Positions 1-7,865 of a stretch of DNA of 23,087 nucleotides are shown in pieces; position 1 is the stretch's first letter, and every line of letters starts with the position of its first letter. The DNA is taken from positions 1 through 23,087 of the forward strand of contig JBHLMQ010000050.1 of the NCBI GenBank assembly GCA_048938005.1. The letters are read 5' to 3'. This DNA comes from Promethearchaeota archaeon. Its GTDB lineage: Archaea > Asgardarchaeota > Lokiarchaeia > Sigyniarchaeales > SOKP01. The notes under the pieces were generated by a model. That model saw only the letters and a list, made by a program, of their open reading frames with translations, made no database searches and had not been told where the DNA came from. The translations under genes and the position numbers were made by a program.

Positions 1-896
1 GGACTAACGAATAAATCTGCTTTATTATAATACTCAGTTAGTTCCTTTTTACTAACAATTCCTGTAAATTTAATTTTTTTAGAAACTCCTTCTTTTATTG
101 CAAGTTTTTGAAGGTCTTCTCTGTTGGATCCATCACTTGTGATAATACATTTAAAATCACTTTTTACAAATTTTAAAGCTTTTATTAACACATCAACTTT
201 TTTTTCAGGGCTTAATCTGCCAACATGTAATATTAAAGGAATTTCATTCTTCTTCTTAGTATTTTTATATGTACCTAAGTCTATAGGATTAGGAACTACA
301 AAAATTTTTTCTTGATGAATACCATTATTAACTAAAATCTTTTTAGAAAAAGTACTAGGTGTAGTTATCCAAGTGCCAATATTATGATATGAAAGCCACC
401 ACCAAATTAACTTGTTACTTATTTTTTTCATAAAAGCTATTAATTTGATTTTATAAGCTAATCTCAAAGTTCTTGATTTTTCAAAATATGTTGATTTTAT
501 GTATTCAGTATGCATTTCTAAATATTGAGGGAGTAATGTATGAAATGTAGTAATTAATGGAATTTTCTTTAATCTGCTTAATATAAATGCACAAAATCCC
601 ATTGATAAATGTGAATTTGAGTGTATTACATCAAAATCTACTATATTAGCAATCCTTAATATCCTTCTAATGGGTGCCGTATATCTCCACATATAATCTT
701 CATAATACTTAAAAATGTGCCCTTGGAATTTATGAACTATAACTCCATCAATTATTTCTTCAGAGTTCTTATCTGATAATGCTAAAATATGAACAATATT
801 GCCTGCTTTTTTAAGTCCCTTTGATATTCTCCATACAGCATCTACAATACCATTTGTACAGGGCATAAATGTGTCTGTGAATATTGCAACTTTCAT
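1..896 (-). CDS. GT4-family (GT-B fold) glycosyltransferase, 3' end runs off the window
   Basis: Not in the ORF track because it has no stop inside the window. Manual translation from ATG 896: MKVAIFTDTFMPCTNGIVDAVWRISKGLKKAGNIVHIL...DFDVIHSNSH...IPLITTFHT...ITTPS...VVPNPID...ILHVGRLSPEKKVDVLIKA...IKFTGIVSKKELTEYYNKADLFVS. These are typical GT4 motifs. Confidence 0.9.
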   Translation of the reverse strand, partial: MKVAIFTDTFMPCTNGIVDAVWRISKGLKKAGNIVHILALSDKNSEEIIDGVIVHKFQGHIFKYYEDYMWRYTAPIRRILRIANIVDFDVIHSNSHLSMGFCAFILSRLKKIPLITTFHTLLPQYLEMHTEYIKSTYFEKSRTLRLAYKIKLIAFMKKISNKLIWWWLSYHNIGTWITTPSTFSKKILVNNGIHQEKIFVVPNPIDLGTYKNTKKKNEIPLILHVGRLSPEKKVDVLIKALKFVKSDFKCIITSDGSNREDLQKLAIKEGVSKKIKFTGIVSKKELTEYYNKADLFVS

Positions 897-984
897 TATA
901 ATCTTATATTATGAGTTTTTTTAAAAAGATATCCTTTGTATGAAATAATAAACTTTATAATAACATTTTTTTTAAAAAATATGT

Positions 985-1617
985 ATGGTTATAGGAAAGA
1001 CAGATTGGAATAAATATTCATTTAAGGATTCCTTTATTAGAAAATTATTTTTAAAATCTGTATGGAATGGTTATAAGAAATTATTAAATAATTTTAATTT
1101 AAATAACGAAATTAAGATTATGGAATTAGGTTCTGGTACAGGATATAATAGTTATAATTTAACAAAAGAATTTAAGGTATCTAAAGTAACTTTAGTGGAT
1201 TCTAATAAAACTGCCCTAGCTTCTTCAAAAAAGAGATTTAAGAATTACAAAGTTGAATTGATAAATGATGATATTATGGAATTAAAAAAGAAAGGAAAGT
1301 ATGATCTTGTTCACTCTCAAGGATTAATTGAGCACTTTCAAGGTAGTAATTTAGATAAGATTATTAGTATCCATACAAGTTATGTAAAAAAAGGAGGGTA
1401 CTTACTACTTTTTTATCCCACTCCAACAATAACTTATAAAGTGATTAGAAAAGTTGCAGAATTATTGAAATTATGGATTTTCGTTGATGAAGTCCCATTA
1501 AAAAGTGAATATGTTAAAAATTTAGTAGAAAAGAAAGGATTTAGATTAGTTAATTCAACAAGGATCCTTAGGCATACAATAACAGAGGATGGATTATTAT
1601 TTAAGAAAATATCCTAA
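985..1617 (+). CDS. Class I SAM-dependent methyltransferase
   Basis: Motif I (MELGSGTG), acidic residue after beta2 (VTLVDS), YDLVHSQGLIEHF and VKKGGYLL motifs. Confidence 0.9.
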   Translation: MVIGKTDWNKYSFKDSFIRKLFLKSVWNGYKKLLNNFNLNNEIKIMELGSGTGYNSYNLTKEFKVSKVTLVDSNKTALASSKKRFKNYKVELINDDIMELKKKGKYDLVHSQGLIEHFQGSNLDKIISIHTSYVKKGGYLLLFYPTPTITYKVIRKVAELLKLWIFVDEVPLKSEYVKNLVEKKGFRLVNSTRILRHTITEDGLLFKKIS

Positions 1618-1670
1618 ATTTTATACTCAGTTAAAATAAAATGAGAAAAACTAATATTTGGTAACAAATT

Positions 1671-1740
1671 GATGCCGTTGTGCAACGGTATTCTCAATAA
1701 GCATTCACGAGAATGTGTTTTAGCTTATCTCATAGACATC
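1671..1740 (-). promoter_or_regulatory. SECIS element (eukaryote-like AUGA/GA kink-turn type) in the 3'UTR of selD copy 1
   Basis: Minus-strand RNA: GAUGUCU-AUGAG-AUAAGC-UAAAA-CAC-AUUCUC-GUG-AAU-GCUUAU-UGAG-AAUA-CCGUU-GCAC-AACGG-CAUC. AUGA at 1733-1730, UGAG at 1696-1693. 57/70 nt identical to the element behind selD copy 2. Confidence 0.88.
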
Positions 1741-1741
1741 T

Positions 1742-2770
1742 TTAAAGTTTTGTAATTTCAATATTTTGAACATTTTCTGAAATTCTAACGAGCCCTGGTT
1801 GGATATTATCTATTTTTCCGACAATCCAATTAGAAATTTTATAGCTTGATAGCGCAGACGTAAAATCTTCTACTTTAATAGGATCAACAGCAATTAGCAT
1901 ACCTCCCGCAGTTTCGTGGCATTTACAATTATCAAAAGCATATCCTAACTCATGAGATAATTCTTCAGAAAATTTGATTGATGGAACAGTATCAATTGTC
2001 GCAGATAAATCAGAATTCTGAAGCATTTCTGCAGTATGACCCGCCAATCCAAATCCAGTAATATCTGTTAATGCATGAACAAATGAAAAATCAGTGTAAG
2101 AATGTATAGTTTTTACAACATTTTGATTTGAAGTAGTCATTATTTTTATAGCAAGATCAATAGATTTTTGGAGTTCATTCTTAGAATAATTCTCTAGCAT
2201 TTCAGGAAAATCCTTAAGAATCCGATATGATGCCATAATTGCTTGGAGGCCTATTGGTTTGGTTAACACTAGTTTATCTCCTTCCTTTACTCCTTGTTTT
2301 AGAATTAAAGCACCTTTGTTAACATATCCAGACGCTTCTCCGCCTATCAATGGCCATTCGCTATAAATAGTGTGCCCACCGACCACTTTAGAATTTATTT
2401 TTTTTTCCATAAAATATTTTATACCCTTTAGAATCCCTTCAGCAACTTCCATTGGAGTTCTTGTACTAATCGCTAAGAAGACAAGCATCCCTGATATCTC
2501 AGGTACATTCATTGCAAAAATATCATTTGTTACATTACACGCAGCGATTTCACCTGCTATTTCAGGTTCATCTATAATTGGAGTGAAAACGTCAATACTT
2601 TTAACAAGAACCAAATCACTTTTGGGTATAGGTATAATAGCAGCATCTTCAATATCTCCCGCTAAACCTACCTTAATTAATAAATCATTTAGGTCGTTTT
2701 GTCCAAGTTTACAGCTTCATCCATGTATCTTTACATCTGTAGTCAATCGATAATTTAATTCTTTGCTCAT
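1742..2770 (-). CDS. selD: Selenophosphate synthetase (selenide,water dikinase), selenoprotein, Sec at codon 18 (TGA at 2719-2717), 342 aa
   Basis: Extending the 290-aa ORF upstream gives MSKELNYRLTTDVKIHG-U-SCKLGQNDL...EDAAII...IDVFTP. Core motifs NDIFAM, GGHT, GDKLVLTKPIG, TDITGFGLAGH and ETAGGML. GAGGTG SD just upstream of ATG 2770. Confidence 0.95.
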
Positions 2771-2840
2771 ACACCTCAACTTTTTATGATATTTATTTAA
2801 TTTTAAATTAAAGTTAGTTAATAATTCAAGTTCTAACTAT

Positions 2841-2855
2841 CTATAAAAATTTTCG
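2841..2855 (-). promoter_or_regulatory. Putative archaeal BRE-TATA promoter of selD copy 1
   Basis: Minus strand reads CGAAAA-TTTTTATAG about 70 nt upstream of ATG 2770. The AT-rich background limits certainty. Confidence 0.55.
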
Positions 2856-2934
2856 ATATTATTTATCAATTTTATCGATAAATAACAATTATGTTGTAAT
2901 TAAAAATAAGATCTAAAAACACCCAATTATTTAC

Positions 2935-3004
2935 GATGCTGTTTTGCAACAGTATACTCAATAAGCGCCCACAATGATGTGTTTTTACTTATTTCATAGA
3001 CATC
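2935..3004 (-). promoter_or_regulatory. SECIS element (eukaryote-like AUGA/GA kink-turn type) in the 3'UTR of selD copy 2
   Basis: Minus-strand RNA: GAUGUCU-AUGAA-AUAAGU-AAAAA-CACA-UCAU-UGUG-GGC-GCUUAU-UGAG-UAUA-CUGUU-GCAA-AACAG-CAUC. AUGA at 2997-2994, UGAG at 2960-2957. Stem substitutions relative to copy 1 preserve pairing. Confidence 0.88.
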
Positions 3005-3005
3005 G

Positions 3006-4040
3006 CTAGATTTTTGTTATTTCAATATGTTCAGCATTTTTGGATACCCGAACATATTTAGGTTTGCTTGTATTATCGATTGTGCCTATAATCCAGTTTT
3101 TCACGCCAAATTTATTATTTAATCTTTGTGAAAATTCTTCAGCAAATTCATGATCCACAGAGAGAAGCATCCCCCCCGCAGTCTCAGGCATTTCACATTC
3201 ATCATATTTGTACCCAAATTCGTAAGCTAAATCGCTTGTTAGTTTAATACTAGGGATCTTTTCGATTATAGCTGAGAGACGCGAATTTTGAAGTATTTCT
3301 CTCAGATGCCCAGCAAGACCAAAACCACTGACATCTGTCATCGAATGAATGAATGATATATCTCTATATGTATGAATAGTCTTTACAACGTCTTGAAGGG
3401 GTGTTATCATTAATTTCACGGCTATATCAATAGATCTGTCAATTTCAGTTGTAGAATAAGATTCCAAAAGTTCAGGATTATTTTTTTGAAGTCGGTATGC
3501 TGCCATTATTGCTTGATTGCCAATTGGTTTTGTTAGAATTATTTTATCTCCCTCTTCTAAATAGGTTTTTTTGATAATTTTATCTTTTTCAGCAAAACCA
3601 CTTGCCTCACCACCAATAAGAGGCCATTCTGAATATATTGTATGACCCCCAAGAACTTTAGAATTTAATTTTTTCTCCATAAAGTTTTTGATTCCCTTTA
3701 ATATTCCTTCTGCTATGTACATAGGCATGTTTTTCTTTAATCCTAAGAACACAAGCATACCAGATATTTCTGAAACATTTAGAGCAAATATATCGTTGGT
3801 AACATTAGCAGCGGCAATTTCTCCCATGATATCTGGTTCATCTATAATAGGAGTAAATATGTCTATATTTTTAACCATAACTAGGTTAGTATTTGGTACA
3901 GGAATAATTGCGGAATCTTCAAAATCACCTTTTAATCCAGCATTTTCCAGTAGGTTCTCTAATTTCTCACTAGAAAGCTTACAGTCTCATCCAAAAAGTT
4001 TTGTTTGCAATGTCAATCGATAACTCTCTAATTCTTGCAT
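3006..4040 (-). CDS. selD: Selenophosphate synthetase paralog, selenoprotein, Sec at codon 18 (TGA at 3989-3987), 344 aa
   Basis: Extending the ORF upstream gives MQELESYRLTLQTKLFG-U-DCKLSSEKL...EDSAII...IDIFTP. Motifs NDIFAL, GGHT, GDKIILTKPIG, TDVSGFGLAGH and ETAGGML. GAGGTGA SD at 4050-4044. Confidence 0.95.
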
Positions 4041-4102
4041 CCTTCACCTCAGTTTATAATTTTTAATAATAAATACTAATAGAATTAAATAGAATAGATG
4101 AA

Positions 4103-4118
4103 TATATTAATCTTTTCC
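4103..4118 (-). promoter_or_regulatory. Putative BRE-TATA promoter of selD copy 2
   Basis: Minus strand GGAAAAGA-TTAATATA about 65 nt upstream of ATG 4040, a spacing similar to copy 1. Confidence 0.4.
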
Positions 4119-4227
4119 ATATATTATATTTAAATTTTAAATAAGTAGGATGCATTTGTAAATTATTTTGAAAAAAGATTTTATAAATATAAAGTTCAAT
4201 TAGAATTTCTAAAATCTATAGATCGAT

Positions 4228-7218
4228 TTATGGAAAGTATAGATCTATATGTTTAGTCATTTTTCTTGCTATCTCGAATTGATCCCGATAGTATAGCTCG
4301 AGTTTGATCTCATCTGCTGTGGGGTCAAATAAATTCTTTTTAAGCTCTTTTTGTTTGTCTACTTTGAGCACATAATTAAATTTGAAAATTTTTCCAGGTT
4401 TAAGTTCATTTATTTGGAGAAATTTTGGAAAACTTTCCTTTCTCTGGAAAATAAGATAAGATGGTACTTTTAAAGATATTTGTAAATCTTTAAAATCAAA
4501 ATTTGAGGGATTAGTTAATTTGAAATTTAAATATATTTCGTTTCCGATAGTTTTGATGTTCTTAAAGAAGAGAATTTCTTTAGAATCTGGTATTTCAGAG
4601 TCAATTTGTTGGAAATAAAGTTTATCATTAATAATTTTTGCATTTAACTTGTTCTTGTTTATAAATTTAAGAACTAATTCTTTTACTCGTTCGATATCTA
4701 ATTTAATATAATTAGCGAGTAAATCTAACTTAATGGGATTAATAATTTTAAGATAATATTTAATTTGATTTAGATATAACTTATTATTAGATTTTCTGAC
4801 AAATGTTTTTGATTTATTTATTATTAACTCTTTTGAGGCATTAAATTTATTAAGATATGGCCTAATATATAAGTTAAATATATTATTATCTTCGAAAATC
4901 TTTTCTTTTCCAAGAATGATATCAATTTTTTTTTCTGCATCTTCAATATAGTTTTGGATTTGCATGGTATTTATTTCTATTAATCTCTTTGCGTCCGAAA
5001 ATTCATTCTTTTTTATTAAGAAATCAAATTTATTAATTAGTTTATGAAAATCCTCATTAAAATTTTTCATACCTTCAATTTTCTCTGTAATAATAGATTG
5101 GATATGTCCTTGAAGTAGTTGAAAACTTAATTCAGTACTAATCCCGTCGATCAGTTTAGATTCAGAACCTATAGTCATTGGTTCAGCTTGCAAAATATAG
5201 TTAAATAGTTTATCTTTCATTAATTTAATTTGGCGATCCAGATCATTCAAATATTCTTGAATTTCTATTTTTGTTGCAACCCATTTCTGTAATAGATCCT
5301 TAAAAATTTCGTTAAATTCTACGTTATTTATTAATAATTCTCTGATATCACCATCCAATTTAAATAACTTTTTCCTTATTTGGGTTATATAACCAAGTGT
5401 ATCATCTTTAATATCTTTTAATTCAATACTAGTTATTTGAGTATCTAAATCTACTTCAAACTTATTTTCTTTCATATATTCAAACTCTGTTTTTAAGATA
5501 TTAATACGATCAATAATTATATTGATCTTTTTTTTCAAATCTAAAGTAAACTCAGCTTTCTTTTCTTCACAGATTTCGGAGATAAACCCTTTAATAATAC
5601 TTAATTCTTCAATAATTTGTACTCTAGTTTCTTCCCAATCTTCGATTAAATCAAATGCCAACCTCTTGTACTCAAATCTATTAATTATTTGGTGAAACTT
5701 TTTAACTTTCTTTAAGATTTTATTATATTTTTCATTTAACTGAATTTCGGTGGTATTAAATTTGAAATTTTGAATGTATGAATTCAATTTTTCTCTAAAT
5801 TGAGCAGGAATTTTCTGAAATTCGATAATTCTCTTCCGAAATATTGTTAATTCATTATTGATTCTTTCAATTGTATTATCGATATCTGGAAAGTTTGCTT
5901 TAATATTTTTTAGTGTATAAATGATTTCTTTCTTGACTTCTGGATCTTTTTCAATTTTTAGAGCATTATTTAACTCAATCGTAATCCAAACAGCAAGCTT
6001 CTTACTTTCTAAAATGAAACATATATTTTGTAACAAAACAATAGTTTTCTTTCTTTCTCGCCAGAATCGGGATTCTAATTGATATAAAATTTTTGTGATT
6101 TCATTTTCAATTTCAATCTGATATTCTTCAAATAATCGCTTAAATACTAATACAATGCCTTCCCTAATATTTTCAGATGGATTTTCTAATTCTTCAAATA
6201 AATAAGGAAATATTTCGGGGATATTCTTGCTGCTTAGATGAAAGATTGCATTTATTAATGAATTTCTATAATCAGAATCACTTGCTTCCAATATTGAATG
6301 CAATAAATTTGCCCAAATTTGATCAAAATTATTTTCAGCGATATTAACAAGAGCTTCAATAACTTTTAATTGAATACGATAATCTTTTTCCTTTAATAGA
6401 TTAATCAACTTTGGTATTATTGAAATTATTTCTGATGATTTTTCTTTGCCAATTTCTCCAAATAACCAAATAATAAGTTCTTTTACTCTATTTTCTTCAT
6501 TATAAAGAAGATTTAATAAAATATAAAATATCTTTTCTTTCGATAGAAAATATGTCCCATGAATCTTTAAAAGTTCTGCTGCTGCCCTCGCAACATCATC
6601 ATCCTCATCCCTTAGATTAATAATTACCATCGATAATAAGGGTTCTAAATCTGGAATTTTAGTATAATCTTGATTTAATATCTTCTGGATTGTCTTTATC
6701 ACATTCAATTTTACCTTCCAGTCATTGTCCATTAATTTTTCGGTATATTCTTCAATTATTTCCTGTAATTCGCTTAAATCTATATGTAAAGATAATATCA
6801 AATTACCTATGATTTTAACCGTTAATCTCCTTACAGAAGAATCTTGGTCATATAAACGGCCTCTAATTTTATTTATTAATTCAATTAAAAGATTTGGCCT
6901 AAACAAACTTATTTGATATGAAATTTCTAATGATACTAATCTAATCCAAGAATCTGAATCATTTATAAAATGATTAATATTGTTTATTGCCCTCAATGAG
7001 ATTGAGGGTGCCTTATCACAAATTAGGTTTAATAAGCTTAAACTTCGATAAATAAGCTCCTTATCAGAATGATTTTCGTAATTTTCTATGATTTCAAATA
7101 TGCTTTCAGCAGCTTTTTCATTATACCCGTTTAAAATTAAACTTTCAATTTTTTCAGTATCTAAAGTCAGAGTTGTCAATGCGGTAGGGAAGATATTTTT
7201 TTTTAAATTATAGTTCAA
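4228..7218 (-). CDS. Large HEAT/ARM-repeat protein with central coiled coil, PCI-like winged helix and C-terminal Ig-like beta-sandwich
   Basis: Repeated HEAT turns (INDSDSWIR, LYDQDSSVR, LMDNDWKVK, LRDEDDDVA, LKEKDYRIQ, LENPSENIR). Long K/E/I/L helical middle region. IKLDLLANYIKLDIERVKELVLKFINKNKLNAKI resembles a PCI winged helix. Tail is beta-rich. TTG start. Confidence 0.8.
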   Translation of the reverse strand: MNYNLKKNIFPTALTTLTLDTEKIESLILNGYNEKAAESIFEIIENYENHSDKELIYRSLSLLNLICDKAPSISLRAINNINHFINDSDSWIRLVSLEISYQISLFRPNLLIELINKIRGRLYDQDSSVRRLTVKIIGNLILSLHIDLSELQEIIEEYTEKLMDNDWKVKLNVIKTIQKILNQDYTKIPDLEPLLSMVIINLRDEDDDVARAAAELLKIHGTYFLSKEKIFYILLNLLYNEENRVKELIIWLFGEIGKEKSSEIISIIPKLINLLKEKDYRIQLKVIEALVNIAENNFDQIWANLLHSILEASDSDYRNSLINAIFHLSSKNIPEIFPYLFEELENPSENIREGIVLVFKRLFEEYQIEIENEITKILYQLESRFWRERKKTIVLLQNICFILESKKLAVWITIELNNALKIEKDPEVKKEIIYTLKNIKANFPDIDNTIERINNELTIFRKRIIEFQKIPAQFREKLNSYIQNFKFNTTEIQLNEKYNKILKKVKKFHQIINRFEYKRLAFDLIEDWEETRVQIIEELSIIKGFISEICEEKKAEFTLDLKKKINIIIDRINILKTEFEYMKENKFEVDLDTQITSIELKDIKDDTLGYITQIRKKLFKLDGDIRELLINNVEFNEIFKDLLQKWVATKIEIQEYLNDLDRQIKLMKDKLFNYILQAEPMTIGSESKLIDGISTELSFQLLQGHIQSIITEKIEGMKNFNEDFHKLINKFDFLIKKNEFSDAKRLIEINTMQIQNYIEDAEKKIDIILGKEKIFEDNNIFNLYIRPYLNKFNASKELIINKSKTFVRKSNNKLYLNQIKYYLKIINPIKLDLLANYIKLDIERVKELVLKFINKNKLNAKIINDKLYFQQIDSEIPDSKEILFFKNIKTIGNEIYLNFKLTNPSNFDFKDLQISLKVPSYLIFQRKESFPKFLQINELKPGKIFKFNYVLKVDKQKELKKNLFDPTADEIKLELYYRDQFEIARKMTKHIDLYFP

Positions 7219-7314
7219 TGATCTCTTCTATTAAAAATATCTTTCAACTAGTATAAAAAAATTTATAAAAAAAAGAATAAATATAAGAAAAAAGTACCAA
7301 TGGGGTTTTATTTA

Positions 7315-7863
7315 TTAGTCAAATAGCTCAATAATAGCTTGTCCGGGAGTTGCAATTCTTTCTCGATAAGTTAAAATTCCTTCTGGTATTTCTTTTGTCT
7401 TTACTAAACCTCTTTCAATATCCTTGTCAGATATATATCCTCTTTCACCTGCCTCGAATTGTTTTATGATATTACCATCCTTGTTCTTAATATCAACATT
7501 TGTAATGGTTGTCTGCTCTACATCGAAGAAAATCCTTTTTCCTTCAATTTTCGATATTGTTGCTTGAGTGAGAAGTAGATCTCCAACTCTAACCATCGCA
7601 CGCATCTCAACACCTATCTCAATAATCTTCCCATATTTACCCTGTTCCAGAAAATCTTCGAATAACTTACTAATAAAGCCAAAGGAGAATAAACCATGAG
7701 CAATTACTCCTTTAAGACCCGCCCTTTCGGCAACAACATCATTTGTATGAATAGGATTTGTATCTCCACTTGCCTTAGCATATTGTTTTAATAAATCTCG
7801 CGTTATGCTATTAAATTCATTTTTTATAATTTGCCCCACTTTTATATCTGATATTTTAACCAT
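7315..7863 (-). CDS. MaoC-family (R)-specific enoyl-CoA hydratase / dehydratase, catalytic hotdog subunit
   Basis: Hydratase-2 motif YAKASGDTNPIH...A...GLKGVIAHG, plus VRVGD. Confidence 0.9.
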   Translation of the reverse strand: MVKISDIKVGQIIKNEFNSITRDLLKQYAKASGDTNPIHTNDVVAERAGLKGVIAHGLFSFGFISKLFEDFLEQGKYGKIIEIGVEMRAMVRVGDLLLTQATISKIEGKRIFFDVEQTTITNVDIKNKDGNIIKQFEAGERGYISDKDIERGLVKTKEIPEGILTYRERIATPGQAIIELFD

Positions 7864-7865
7864 TT

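Noticed and set aside
124-315. 63-aa plus-strand ORF
   Set aside because: Antisense to the GT4 glycosyltransferase.
2370-4023. Plus-strand ORFs 2370-2753 and 3688-4023 that resemble each other
   Set aside because: They are antisense shadows of the two homologous selD genes; the similarity is explained by the minus-strand coding.
1742-4040. Reading the selD genes as pseudogenes or as 290-aa proteins
   Set aside because: The TGA falls at the same catalytic codon in both copies, the N-termini are conserved with SD sites, and both have SECIS-like UTRs.
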